NCBI GenBank assembly: GCA_964234715.1
Contig: OZ174275.1
Source: Podarcis melisellensis
Lineage: Eukaryota
Reading direction: 5' to 3' (one strand)
Length of the DNA: 64,000 nt
Shown: one piece after another, positions 1 to 15,054 of the stretch
Layout: each line of letters begins with the position of its first letter
How positions within the stretch are numbered: position 1 is the stretch's first letter
Notes under the pieces: generated by a model
What the model saw: only the letters and a program-made list of their open reading frames with translations
Databases searched by the model: none
What the model was told of the DNA's origin: nothing
Translations under genes and position numbers: made by a program

Positions 1-862
1 TCTCTCCAGGGTGCGAACAGCTGCTGAACTGTCAGTAAGTATACTGGCATCACATTCTTCCAGTAAGGGTATTCCACTTCTGTAACTCAGTTTCTTGTTT
101 GGAAGCAACCATGATTCAAATCCTAGCTTTGGCTTCCAACTCATTAAAAAAACTTAAACACACAAACACTTTAAGTAAAGTTTAAATCAAATGGGCAATC
201 ACTAAATTTCTTCATTTTTTAATATGGGAAATGAAGAAATGACAGCATCCATTCACTACAACTTTGATTCGTGTCAAGGGTCATGGTTTGCTTTCTGAAA
301 TATGGTCGTATTACAATTTTTTTTATAGCTTTCATTATATCCATTCAATTTAAGATATTTTAAGATCAGATATGTAGTTTTACAATGAGATCTTATAGCT
401 TGTTGCTCCATTACTATTCTAATCTGCTGTTAATTTTTACGAAAATAGATTAAGTGACAAAAAATATATATTAAAAACATCCAATTGAATTCTCACTTTA
501 TCTTGACTGATCTGGGCACATATACCTGGAAAGGTTTTCACCGTTTAATCTGCTTATGGCTTTGTAACTATATTTAACTGCATGGGATTTATTATAATTT
601 ACTTAATTATTCCTTTCATCAATGCTCGCTTTTCCATATTTCCTCCTGTTAATGACAGAAGGGAAAAAGCTACAACTTAAAAAGTGATACCTGTATTGAT
701 ACTGTGTTACTTTTTCCTGTTTACACTCACAGAAACTGTTAACACTCTGATTTTTTTCAATGATGCCTACTCAAAATAGTAGTATATTAAAAGCCTGAGC
801 CGTCCCCATTTCTCAAGTAAAGGAGGAAAAAACCAAAAACAAGGCACACAACAGGGGCTTAC

Positions 863-1008
863 CCTGGTCAGCTGACTGGAACCTGAAATGGACTGCTCCT
901 CTCTGATCGATGATGGCTTGTTTTGATCTGCTGGGAAATTCTGATCTGCTCCATTTTTGAAGTGGTTTGGCAGGGAGATCTTTGGTTCCAACCAGCTGAT
1001 AGTTGTCC
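863..1008 (-). CDS. OSBPL11: OSBPL11 coding exon 7 (146 nt, [22 protein letters not shown]...QLTR)
   Basis: Acceptor ttcag|GG, donor AGG|gtaagc; phase matches exon 6. Confidence 0.93.
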
Positions 1009-4000
1009 CTGAAGCAAACGAGAGTTTACGCTGAAACTTGCTCATATTCTAGAAGCGTATTTTGTTTTTCAAAAAGGAACTGTCATTAAGCAGCTTTACT
1101 CCCCCCTCCCCCCAAAATGACTAAAAAGCAACTGAACTTGCTCAAGCAGCTACAAAAAAACAAAGATGGGTGCAGGAGAACACCACCTCCTCGGGTCATT
1201 AGAATGATGCCTGTGATTGGGCCATGATGAAACACACAACTTGCTCCGGCAGAGGAGGAGATGGGGTTACGAAAGGTGTAATCAGACACCAGTTAAAGAA
1301 CCCAATAAGACTGGGTTGTTACGTAATCCCTTTGGACAGGTTGCAGCATCGACATTCTAGCAACACCATTAGGGGAAAACAATTGCAAACTGCAATTTAT
1401 TTCTAGGAAGTAAAGCTAAAACTAAAGAACACACGTTTTGCCAGAGGTCTTGTTGGGGCATTGACGGAGTGAGGGGGAATACTTGGTTCTGCACAGTTGA
1501 ATAAATCTCTGTTGAATAAATAATAGTTGCTTGAAAATAAAAGCTGCATCATTTGGAAAACTGTCACCCGTTCGTTTAATGATTCTGGTGTCTCCAATTA
1601 CCCCCCAGCTAGTCTATCGGAATGGATACAATTCCTCATCAATAATGAAAATGTTCCATTCTGTTCTCAAAGGCTAGTGTGTGTAGACTCTAATAATGCC
1701 CTATTAAAAGAAACACATACACAAACTTGAATAAAAGAACAGTCAATCTGGGACATAAACATTACTGGTAACTTGGCATCTTCTGCCGATCACAGTGCTG
1801 GATTCTGAGCTGAGCTGTTACACCATACAAGGACCCTGGGGAAGTTCAGCAGCAGCAGCAGCTATCTAGGTTGACTGAACATTCCCCTTCGGGTATGATC
1901 TGAAGGCACATGAGGCCACCACCATTTGGAAACTAAGCAGGTCTGGCTGGTGCCTGGATGTCGACCATTTAGGAACGCCATGTACACCATTGTGAATTCC
2001 ATGAAAGGAGTGATGTAAACTCATGATAGGCAAATGCTAAAGTGCAAGCAGCAAAGTGGGAACGTAAGATCTCCAAAGTACTGAAGGCATTTAAATGTGT
2101 TTCCTATTTTGCACAGAAGAGAAATATCAAATCAAGGCTTTATTAAAAGAAGAAGACAGAGCAAATATAACTCACCAGTAGGTAAGGACCCTTTTTGTTG
2201 CGATGCATGCTGCAGCTGAAGAATGTGGAAACAATCGTTTAAGCAATTCATTGTGGCCATAGAGGTTGCCTTGAGCATCAGCAGGTCTTGGTCCAAGGAA
2301 GAAAGATGGCCAGAGGAAGGAAGACATTCTATGTTCCTTATCAAGTCTCTCTGCTGTCCCTCAGCTTGCGACATCATCTAGCAAGCAAGCAATGCACAAA
2401 AGGCTGAGGTTTGGGTCATCTGAAACATCAGCTGAACTCTCATTTACCTAAAACTCCTTGTTATTCAAATTCAGTGTGCCAACGTAAATTACAAAAAGAG
2501 CACTCAGGCTTCATCCAATCCCCTGAACTCTTCAAACATCCACACTATATAGATTGTTAAATGAAGCTACTTCTTACTTCAGTGGAGGCAGTGGAACAAT
2601 GTCCTTCACCATCCCAAGAGCTAACGGCTAGTTATGGGGGCACAGGACAGGTCACACGTAGCCTGCCTTCCAGCAAAAAGGAACAGCCAAGGGCTCAGCA
2701 AAAACATCTGGGGTGGGTGTGTCTGCCTCCATTGCCTCCCAGGTCTCTGCCTAATTATAGGACCTGCCTTGCGTTGCAGAAATGGCTTGAGACCTCAGGT
2801 GGTTCTTTAGTCAAATTACCTTGGGAAATAACTCTATCTAAACTCACCTAGCCAGTTTTTTTGGCTAACCTACTCATTCAAACCAGCAAGAACATATTGC
2901 ACCAGACTAAATAAGCAAACACACACACACATAAAAATGTATTTTTAAAAGCACCATATGATGGCGCCAATCCATTCCTTTAGAACCATAATCATATATA
3001 TGATGACATTCCACTCCTTTGTTAACACCTATGGCAGCAAATTGTTAGTTATTTAATTTATTACTATTGCATTTTTATTGCCAGGGAGAGGCGATTGTGG
3101 GCCTTTTTGCCTCGCATTCCAAAATAACACAACCTTGGTTGGGCCAGTGGGTTGGGGTGGAGGAAGGTGGAGAAGACAGCTGTTTACTGTGAAATGTCAT
3201 GGGCTGAACCTGAATGGAAGAAACATTCGTGCTAATAATCTACCACACAAAAGTATCAGCCCTATATTAAAAAGAAGCACTATTCTTTTCCCAACTCAAA
3301 ACAAGTTTTATCTTTTGCGGATGCTTCAGATGGGATGGAAACCAGGTAAGATACCACATATCTCCAGAGTCCTGCACCCTCCCTCTTGTCTTAACCTCCC
3401 ACCCTCCGCTCTCTGAATGAAATACTTCAGCATTGGTTTTAACCACAGTCAAAGATTAACCACAATTCTTCACCCTCTTGAAGCCTCAAACCTGTCCAGT
3501 TCTCTGTCCTGCTTGTTCTTAATGCTCTTTTTAGACAGAGGAAAGCCAGAAATGTGGTATGGTTAACACTGCCGGAGCAAAGCCAAGCACCAACCTAGAA
3601 GTTAAGACACAGTAGCAGAAATAGCTCGAACTAGGTTCACCCTGACTTTCATCATAGTTGGTGCTCAGTAGGAATGAGGAGTTACCATATCCTCACCCCT
3701 CGAAACCCAAGGGTAAAAGGATGTCAATGGATCCTAAACTCCAGTGTTTTCGACTTTGTTTTGAGCAGATGATGAGCAGGCAGCACAGGACGTCTTGTTC
3801 ATGATCACTTGACAGAGTACTGAGAGCACAACTGGGTCACTCTACTTTTTGGCTATGTGATCTATTATGCATGGCGATCTCAACCTTCTGTAGCCAGCAG
3901 TGAGAGCAGATTACATAGATAATTCACTGCACAGTTTATTCAAACGAATTTAAGGGAGGCTACGAGAGGGAGACTGATGGAATTTCATCACCATCCAGTG

Positions 4001-7000
4001 CTACATTCCAGCCCTAAGACTTATTACAGGAGTGATGATGGAACTAGTCATGTGTTTCCTGCTCAGTTTCCTAATTTAAAGAATCATGGTCCAAGTGTCT
4101 GAGCTTGCTCTTCAAGAAAGAGCCAATCCCAAGTTCAGAGAGTAAGGTATCTCCCCACCCCTGTTAGGTCAAGATAACACCTGTAACCTCTTAGTTCCAT
4201 GTGTAAGATTTTCTTTTTCATCATGAAAGGATTATTTATTTATTTATTAAATTTCTACCTTGCCTTTCCATACAAAATACTCAAGGAAGCCAGCAATAAA
4301 ATAAATAAGAATAAGTCGCAACTATCACCCTCGGGTACCCAGATAAAGAAGTATAGAGAATGGAAATAGCAGTTTATCAATTACTAGTTTTGTACTAACA
4401 ACCCATGATTAAGGCAGCGAAGAATGAGAGCACATGTTGAGCTCAATGCTCACTGCCAACCTCAACCTGAGTAGATTAAGGGGAAAAGAACCAGAATAAG
4501 TCATTGACGCTGCAATGTGTAAATTACTATTATCATAAATTCAATTATTGTGCTGAATTTCAGATAGTACAGGGACTATTTGCTTCCCAAAGCAAGCTCT
4601 TCTTAACCAAGAAACTGGTAAAAAAAAGTTAAGATTATACTAACCTCTCGTACATCGATTAAATGATCTGGCTGCAAAATGGGAATTCTCCTCCCAGCTG
4701 GCAGCTTGTGATGCCCAACATTAAAAAAGGAAGCTGCATTTTGGCTGGGTCTTCTTTGCACACCAGGGGAGCCACTCCCTTGAGATGCGAGAGAGAAGCT
4801 GCGAGATTTCAGAGGAGGATTGTTCTGGTGAACAAACATACATATTAGGAAATACTTGAAAACTAATCTTTAAGTCTCCACCTTTTTTTACTTATATACA
4901 TATTAAGTACATAGATATACTATTAGAATATGCACTCAGTGATTTAGAAAACCCTGAGGACTGGCTAAATCATCAACATATATTCAGGCCTTGACCAATG
5001 CTAAATATTCTTCAGAATGCAGAACTAGCACCCATGGGGCTGCTGCTCCATCTCCCCCACCATAAAAGAAAACAGACATCTTCTCTGTTGTGCAGTACGC
5101 ACTGTACACCTACCGTATTTTTCGCTCCACAAGGCGCACTTTTTTCCTCTTAAAAACTAAGGGGAAATGTCTGTGCGTCTTATGGAGCGAATGTGTGGTC
5201 CCTGGGGCTGGGGGGGGGGACTCGGGCTTCCCCAGCCCCGCAAGCTCCAGGAGCAGCGGCAAGGCTGTGCGCAACCTTGCCACCGCTCCCTGACCTGTTT
5301 TGGGGGCTGGGGTCAGGGTAAGCTCGGGCTTCCCCCGCCCCAGCCCCGCAGCTAAAAAGGAAGCTAAGACAGCCAGCGGGATCCATCCCGGTCACTGTCT
5401 TGGCTTCTTTGCTCTTTGGGGCTGGGGGGGGGGACCCGGGCTTCCCCAGGCAGCCCCAGCAGCTCTGGGAGAAGCGGACATAAGATTTTTTTTCTTGATT
5501 CCCCCCCCTAAAAACTAGGTGCGCCTTATGAGCGAAAAATACGGTAATTTACATCTACAAGAAAAAACAGATTCGCAGTCTAATCCCATGCATGCTTCCT
5601 CAGAAGTCCATCCCACTGGGTTCAACAACGATTACTCCTAAGTGAAAGGGCTGCAGTTTCAGTTTTAAGGACTGCATTGCCATTACAATTTAAGGAAACA
5701 GACTTCAGATCTCCCAAGTGCAGAAGAGACAGTGGTCCACGGAAAAAGCCAAACCTGGTTGGAAAGTTGTAGAATTTCCTTCTCTGGGCGTTTAGCTAAC
5801 TACCTGTCAGATTATTTAGGTTTTACTGAACAGTGCCATAAGAAGCTACGGAAAAGTTACTTCGGTGGCAATCAGAGGAGGTCCCCGCTATTCAACTATT
5901 ACAACAAATACACACTTAAGTTTGCAGCATCACTTTTCAAATAAAACGTCATTAAAACCTAATTCGTCTTGGCATTGCTGCCATCTTTCTATGGTAGGCT
6001 CACGCTTCTTCAGCAATTGTAATTATGACCCTTTAAGCTACATAATTGATGGGCAGTTTAAATAACTGCTGCATAACTTAAAGTATACGTTACAGACAGT
6101 ACCTTTCCAATGGCTTCAGTGTGGTGCTGTGTGCATATCTGAAGCCTGCTGACCCAATGCTGCCGTTCTTTGGCATCAGTAGCTGGATTTAAAAAAAAAA
6201 AATCATCAGAAGGAAAAGGAAGTTCAGAGGCAAACAAGGCAAACAAGAATATAATTATTTATTTCAAGTTAAGTTTTGTTTAGGGAACGTCACTTCCAGC
6301 AATGCAGAAGGAGAGGGTGTGCAAAATGTGGCATAGATACAACCTGTGGCACCTCTTTCTTTGGGTTACTGGGTCTTATCCTGGGCATATCATAACTCTA
6401 ACCTCCCACTGCAATGGTTCTGTGATCGATGTAGCATTGGTTGTCCACAGTACACTTTTAGGTGATGCCAGGGCCACAGCAAAAGTAGAGGAAAATGTTT
6501 TCTACAGCAAACAATGGCAAATGTTGAACTAAAACAACTCCTCCTGCACTCTGAGGAAGCTATACTGAAAAAGGAGGGTGCACATGTCAAAAGGAGCGCT
6601 AAGCCCTGGTGGGCCACCCCCTTATCCGCTTGTGACTGACGGACAGTCAATCAGGATTTTTCTTCTTCATTTCTCACTTCCCTCTGTGATCCCTGGCCTC
6701 TTGTTGTGGCCCCCATTTATGCATTTTTCACCTGGGGCCCCCTTAGAATATCCTGGTGGCCCCCGGTTGGGAAACACTGTTCTAACACACCCACACCTTT
6801 TCACAATCCACTGATTGGGCTGGGACAAATATGGGAATCAGATAAGTGCAACTGTAAGATATACTAAGTGTTGCAAGTATTCACTATGAGTCAGAAGAAG
6901 CATTCCAATCTGGACTACAACAGAAAACTCCTCTTCAATGAAATGTGGCATTTGTCTGAACGCCTGTGTAAAAGGGTGAAGACCTATCAGCCCTCATTCT

Positions 7001-10000
7001 TCAGCAGTCACATTTTGCAACTATGTATTTTAGTAAAAATTTACAGCACATTGATTGGTTACATCTCTTGTTTTGACTAAAAGCACCACTCTCCCCAAAC
7101 GATGCACATAGAAAAAATGTGACTGTTTTTATGCCAACTATTGAAGTGGAATGGTTAACATGATTTCAATTGTTTAAAATATATATTTAAAAAAAAACTT
7201 GAATGAATCTCAAGAACACATGGTAATTACAATGTATAGTTTTGTATATACCTATAATATGCCTATAAATATTTTACCACATGGAGACGTTATATTCACC
7301 AACATTTGTGTTATAGTCATTATTCTTAAATTAGAGGATTTCACTTATCTTTAGTATTTCTCTTGTCTACTGTGCATTTTTTATGTAAAAAGAAAGTGCT
7401 TTATACCTCTAGCAGTTTAATTTGTAAAAAATATATTGTTCAAATTCAGACATAGTAATTTTTCAGAATGCACAAAACAGCAAGCAGACACTGACTTGGA
7501 GAAGACAGCTATCGAAATACAAGCAAAGAAGAGGCAAGGCTTCCTCCTAGTGGGGAAGTCCTAGAACTACGGAGTCTTACCTCGCAGCTTATATTGTTCT
7601 CCACTAGCTGCATTCACTGTGAATGTATGAGAATCTTCATCACTAGGAGAGATCACAGCTCCAGCCAGCTGTAATGTACCCCTGGGCTTCTGGTTTCTCA
7701 GCTGTTCATTCACAAAATACTCCAGGAGACCAGCTTCATTGTTCAAGACAAAATACCTGTAAGTTTTGAGGGAAATAAACCATGTAAGAGTAAAGCAAGA
7801 CTAAAGGTTAAACAAATTACTCTTTACGCAGATGGCCATATTTAGGTATTTTGGGATTACAGAAAACTGGGTTGTGTCAGTGAAGTGATTAGTTTTGGAA
7901 TGCCCATCAACTGACTGATCAAATATTCCATGAAGCCAAGGGCAGTCATTGTCTGCCTTGAAGACCAGTCCGCCAGCTATAACCAGTTTCTTCCTGTTAG
8001 TTCAATAAATTGACTCCCCACTCAGTGAATAAGCTGCCTCTGGGTCCACAGTCATGCTAAATGTACAGGCTGAGGGACAGGACCTGAGGGATTAGGTCAC
8101 CAAAGTTTATCAGAATACTCTCTCGTCACCAGAAAACCTCTTGAACTTGGAACTGGCTTAGAGGGTCTGCATCTGGTGCTGGGCCATAAAAACAAACTAG
8201 GCATACCACTGCTGTGCCATCCCCCCCTTTGCTGCTCAGTAACCTCAGCGACTGAACTGGCTGAAGTGGTCTCTGGTAAGATTTTGGAAGAACAAGGACA
8301 ATTATTCTAGGCAATTTCTATTTTCATGTGGGGTCTACTGTCAGTCCAGCTTGGCACAACAGACTGTTGGCAAACCGCACAGACCAGAGCATACCCTGAA
8401 TGTGGTTTTTGCTCTGAACAATGGGAGGAGCAGTCTGAAAGGAGGGGATTCCACAATACCCCTATGTCACGGACAGACTACTTACTGGGAAAGTGCGGAC
8501 TTCTGGTGCCAGTGTCTCCCTACAGGGATGGAGGACCAAGAGGGATAGCCAAGCCCTGAGATTTATGGAATCCAAGGGATTCCTGAATGATATCTGGAGG
8601 ATTTCCCACAGGTGATCCTGTTGAAGATTTCATCACATTGAGAAAAATTGAGGTAACACACAATTGACCCTGAGTGTCCTCTCAGGTGCTGCAGAGTCCA
8701 GGCAGCCCCATGGTACTCTAAGGAGCATAGAAGATGAAGCAGGGTGGATAATGACTAGAATTCAAATGGCACATGTCTCATCCTGAAGCTGATCAAACAC
8801 TAGTTAGAGTGCACAACCATGCTGACTATGCAGTAGTGCAGATGGCAAAACTTTATCAGATGCACTGCACCTTCCAGTAAATGTCCAACTGCGTTTTCTA
8901 ATGTGGCTTGAAGTTTGATCACAACTGCTGTTGTGGGTGGACCCATAGTGTCCTTGGAAGCCCTTTGTGACCATTTTGCTTTGTACTTTTGAGGACAAAC
9001 TCACTTGATGCCCGAAGGACACCTCTGTTGAGTTGTCCGTTGCCATGTCTAACCAGCTGCTGCAGCCTGACAGGGTGCATGCAGCAATGCTCTCTTAACC
9101 CCTGCTCTTCTTGGCTAATAAAAACTAGCAGAAAGGGTGTGACTGGGTGGGTTCAGAATGTAGCTAAAACATTTCTGCATTGGGGAGGGTCCCTGCTGTC
9201 CTCAAGGCAGCAGAGGTGTAGCCACTCCTCAAGCAGCCTACCCTGGACCTTTGATATAGGGCAACTTCCTTTCTAGAGGAGGAAAGTCATGGTGGAATCA
9301 TGGTGGAGCAACTGCAGGCATGCCTAGAGGATACCGATTTTCTAGACCCTTCCCCGTCTAGGTTCAGGCCTGGTTATGGGATGAATCACCCTTGGGTCAT
9401 TCAAAGGATTACCTTTATTAAGAGCAGGACACAGAAAGTATGACCATTCTCCTTCTTCTATGGTTTTTGATAGTACTGACAATGGCATCCTCTTGGACTA
9501 CTCTACAAAATTAGTACAGGAGGGACTGCACTGCATTATCTCCAATACTCATCTGCAGGGTCCAGAGAGCAGGTTTATGACCCTCTGCCCAATATTTTTA
9601 TTTAGCCAGAAAGGAACTTTTAAGAATGCCACATGATGTTTGCCTAGCTTCCAAAAGATAGAAGTCCTTTAGACTGTCTGGGCATAGGTTGTGGAACTCC
9701 TTCCCTATTACTATTAAGCAATAACAATTGGTGCTTTGTTTCAGATTCCTGCTTAAGACTCTTCTGTTTGCACAGGCCTTTTCTGATGTATGGCTCAGTC
9801 ACTGGTTATTGTGCATTGCAGCCAATATATTTGCTGAATACTTTATAGGGGGAGGGAAACACAGCAGCAACTTAGGATGGAATCATCTAGATTAGGGAAC
9901 AGGGCTTAGGGACTCCTCCCCAGCACTGATGCTCTGACCAAATTCAGAGTTCTATGCCTGTATTTAAAAAAACGGGTTGCTGCTGTTTCTAAAAAAAGAT

Positions 10001-12662
10001 TGGTAGATCCAGTCACATATCATGCATGGCATGGTCTTTTCTGTTGCTGTACTTGTAAATTATGTGTACAACATTTTTAAAACTTGCTAAGTTGTCCAAG
10101 ACATCAGGGCTGGGGAAGTGGGATAATTTTTTGTGGAGGACTTTTGTGGCACTCTGTTGGCTCACACACACCAAATAACACTAATGATAATTTTATACTA
10201 CTATTTCCGTTATTAAAATATGAAATTATGCTACTGCTGCTTCATCACCGCCTGTTTATAGGACAATAAAAATGCAATGGTTTCCTATGGGGTTAGTTTA
10301 ATCACTATATAGCACCAATAACAAAATGTGTATTTGGGAAACCTCAGTGCAACGAAAACTAGTTGCTGACACATTGAGAGTTCAAGTTCAAACTGCACAG
10401 ACAATAAAGATGGGAGAAGCAAATTGATACAGCAGATATTTAGAGGAAATCGTGAAATGCTGTTCCCTTAGCTCAAAACACACAATGCAATACAACTAAG
10501 GCATTAGGATAGAAAAGGAAGGTGAAGTGCTTGGCTCACTTTTTAATTCTTCCCCTTAACCAGCACTAAAGTCCAAGCGAATTTAACAGGCTTTAAAAAT
10601 ATACTGATGTGATTAACCTGAACCAAAACATAGTGCATACTTCAGAGAGCCGGGAGGAAAAAATAAGGAGGGGCATACCCAAATCTGTCAAATCTAAATA
10701 ACATTGAGCTTTTGGGGTAGAAGGGAAGACTGCAGGGGTTGGGAGCAGCAGCAAAATTTGAATTCCTCAAAGCCTCTTTAGATTTGTGAAAAACAAGCAC
10801 TTCAAACCTTTTTCAAATGTCCCCAAATACTAGGTATGCTAAATATTCTCCAAGAAATATCTCAGAATACCATCTGTAATATTCAACAGGGATGCAGTAT
10901 TTTCTCTTGTAAACACTATGCTTTTCAAATGTACTGTACAATATAACATTTGAAAGCAAAGCATGCCTCATTATTTGCACTTTACTCCCAAATATTAACT
11001 GTGCTCTGGGTTTTTTTAATGTGTTTCATAGCAGAGTTTTCCCTCAGAAACACACAAAACCTACTAGTCAAATGAGGGCATTTACACCTCAGGCAATCAA
11101 TGCCTGGCACAAAAATAAGAGATTACTGATGCAACACTTCTGCCTTTATCTGTAGTTTGCTTATCCTTTTCTAAAACAGAACAAAAGCAGCCCTTGACTA
11201 TTTCCAGCATTTTAAAACAAATCCCTGCCTACTGATTAAGACAACTTCATTTCATCATTAGGTAATACAGTGAATTTTTAAGAAACCGTACTTACCGGTA
11301 CTGCCAGCCTGTGACAAGATTTGTGTATTTCATTAAATAGCCCGATATATTTTCCATGTGGTCACTGTGACAAATATAAGAACAAAGTCCATCAGAAAAA
11401 GAGTAATAATGACAATGAAAACATTTCACGTAGAAGTTCTGCAATTTCATATTTGCAGCCTAAATCTTCTTCCAATAACTTTATTTTTAGAAGCTGACTC
11501 TAAGTCAGCATTAATGTCAAATGACTCTGAAACAGAGACTGCTGCAAGTGCTTGGTCTTCTCCTTGTCTTTGCAGTGTGGATTCAGAACAGGAGATGCTT
11601 TACACCTACTACGCAGATTAAGGGGAGCCAATTCCAGCATTACTGACACAGAAACCACTTTGAATCTGCATTAAAATTACGCGGCACATCTCATTTATAA
11701 AGCTTCAACATTAAGATTAAATTACTCAACACACTTAAGGTTTCTAATTTCCCCCAAGATTATGTCTGGGCTCTTGGACAACTTTTCACTATGAAAATTG
11801 TTCTTAACTAAGGCTGAAAAGAACAGGCTTAACAGAATGGAGTTAAGCAAATCCATCACTGGGCACTAGTAATTAAGGAAAGAGTTGTTTTCATTTCCAA
11901 ACTCACTGTTCTTGGAACCTCTAAGTGCACATTATAAATTATAACTCTCATTGGAAAATGGAATATTTGGTGCAATTCCAAAAATCTAAAAGAAAGCTCT
12001 GAAACCCTGCCATGGTTCAGAAGATCATAGGCTTGTTTACATGTTGCACTGAACACAGATGCAAGCAATCTTTACATACGTGCAAGTGTTTGTGCAAGCC
12101 TGTGCACTTCCTAATTGATAAAGGTAAAGGTAAAGGTAAAGGGACCCCTGACCATTAGGTCCAGTCGTGACTGACTCTGGGGTTGCGGCGCTCATCTCGC
12201 TTTATTGGCCGAGGGAGCTGGCGTACAGCTTCTGGGTCATGTGGCCAGCATGACTAAGCCGCTTCTGGCAAACCAGAGCAGCGCACGGGAACGCCGTTTA
12301 CCTTCCCGCCGGAGCGGTACCTATTTATCTACTTGCACTTTGAGGTGCTTTCGAACTGCTAGGTTGGCAGGAGCAGATACTGAGCAACGGGAGCTCACCC
12401 CGTCGCGGGGATTCGAACCGCCAACCTTCTGATCGGCAAGTCCTAGGCTCTGTGGTTTAACCCACAGTGCCACCTATACGGCTCAACTAATCTGTATAGG
12501 CTGTGCACTCATTAAATGTTATATGTGAATGTCTGTAGAAGTGTACATATCAACTCTTTGTATATACAGATCATACACTTGTTGAATGTAACATCTGAAC
12601 ACCCTTCATATCTTAGCTTAATAAAGTAAGTTCACTAGGTGCAAATAGTCAAAAGCTGCTAC

Positions 12663-12693
<31 letters not shown>

Positions 12694-15022
12694 ACACACA
12701 CACCTCTCCCTCCCTCTCTCTGCCTAAGTGCATTTCTCCCTCACACAAACCACACATTCAAATATACCTCCCCCCTCAGACACATATATATCCATCTCTG
12801 TGCCCAACTGTGTAATTCTTAAAACACACAGTCCTTTCATGGGGTGAAGCAAGTGCCTTCTGTAAGCCACTCAGAGTGGCTGGGAAAACCCAGGGTATAC
12901 CGGTAAATAATGGGCAGGGTATACCGGTAAATAATAATATCATTATTATTGAAATTATTATTTTTATTCTGCCAGTTCTAGGTAGGCAACAAACAAGCAA
13001 TGAGGATGGGCCACTAGGCAAGCAAGGAAGTCATCCCTACCATTTCTCCCCCCTCCACAATCCTTCAGACCAACCAAATCCAAGGTGGCAGGCCCTACCA
13101 GCTCAACCCTGCCCCCCGCCCCCAAATATTGAGGGTTACCAAGCTGGCAGTCGTGGGTGCCATGGTGCCTGGAAGAACCAGGGAAGGCCTTCTGCATTGG
13201 TTATCCTCAATTTAAAGAGTGTGCCTGGGCCACTAATAAATGGGCCACAGCACCTACACCAGACGCCCTCCTCCCTTTAGACACTGGATTCCCAGTTAGT
13301 ATCAGCTCCACCATCTATTCTATATATAGTTTGTTCTTCAGCCCAATGGGCCGCTAAGACATTGTTCCTAACTGAATCCGCTGTAAAGGAAACATACTGC
13401 TGTGTAATGCAAGTATATGGACATGTTACTGCCATCCTTTTGGCAATCTCTTCCAGCAAGTCCACATGGACACTCAACATAAGAGGACAGAATGAAACCC
13501 TGACATGCCAGCACAGAATTACCGAAGAGTGGAAGAACAATCCCTGATCCACCTATGAGACTTGCCCAATCAAAAAGGAGAGTTCCTCTTCTGGGTTCCT
13601 AACCCCAGTCAGATCCTATAACTGGCCCACCAAGTTGGGTTGATGTAACTCTGAAGTGATATTTCCAGCCCTGGTTAAAGTACATCAAACAATCAAACTG
13701 GAAAATCTACCATTCAATGAATCTCATGCTGTACTGGGAAGTTGTCAAGATAAAGCAATGCTTCTCCGTGGTCACTTGGGAGAAAAGCAGCCCTGCATGC
13801 CTAAACACCAGAAATAAATATTTTAAAAACCTATAGAAACTCTAAAAGACCTATAAAAATCCAAAATCAGCATATCCCATACAGCTAAGGGCACAGCGAT
13901 ATTCTACTAGGCACAGCCTTACTAAGTAAGTCAGCACTGCTGGGTGCCTATTTCATGAGCAAAACACAGAACCTGCCCTAGATGCAAGCTGAACTGAAGC
14001 ATTTACTAAATATAATGACCTATTTTTCATTTAGAATCCTACATCAAAGTGCCTTCCTTTAGAACTGCAGACACAGGGTGTGTGAATAATTGAAATAGCA
14101 TAAAAGAATCAGAAACGTTACTCAATTCAAGGGTGAGAAAGAGCAACACATCTTATACTGGCGCAAACTGCCAATATTTTTAAAGTGTTGGATGGCACAG
14201 AACGTGGTGTCTAGTACTTTTTCTCAAATTACATCAACATAGAACTACCTTGCCACAATTTGTAAAGGTGAATTGCCGCAAGTTGTAGTTCAGAGGCTTG
14301 ACTCTTTTAACAGAAACTATGGCAACAAAAGAATTAAGCCAAATCCATGATGAAAAAATTGACGAGTTACAGACAGAAAATATAGTAAAGATGAATGAGT
14401 GCGTGAATCAGTGACTGCCTCAGCAGAGTAATCAGGCATGTATATCATAAATCAGGTGGCTATGGTATTAAAATCTGGCTCCTATAAAATGCATGTTGCA
14501 ACGTGGAGAAAGATAGATATTCCTTTGACCATCTTTTCTCTTTTACTACATAATAATTCTAGAACAGCATATTAAGATTTAATCATGTTAGTTTTGATGA
14601 TTTAGTCAATGAAATTGACCATTTTACATATAGACATAGATCGGCCATAGTGGTGCAAGCATTAGGGAAAATACAAAAAAAGTCTCTTGGTATCCCAGTT
14701 GAAGCTTTGGTAACTGGTGAATTGGACTATTGGAATGCATGGGCTACCCATGAGGCTGATTTGGAAACTGCAGCTAATATAGAATTCTGCAGCCTGGTTT
14801 TTCCTTCTGGAGTAGTGAGACTAGTAATTTGGAACAATACTTTTATTGAAATCAGACAGCCACCAGTTTTGTTGCCTACTGAAAACACTTTTGTCAAAAA
14901 CTTTTAGAGAATAATTTTGACCAAGTGTTGGTCATTCCTTCCATATTTTGTTATCTTTATAATTTTACAGTGTTTTCATGATTCTGTTGTACACCTCTAT
15001 GGTTTTCAATGAGTTGGCAATG

Positions 15023-15054
<32 letters not shown>

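Noticed and set aside
12891-12935. 24-bp tandem duplication CAGGGTATACCGGTAAATAAT
   Set aside because: It lies in a LINE/SINE-type 3' tail next to an (AAT)-rich run; ordinary slippage.
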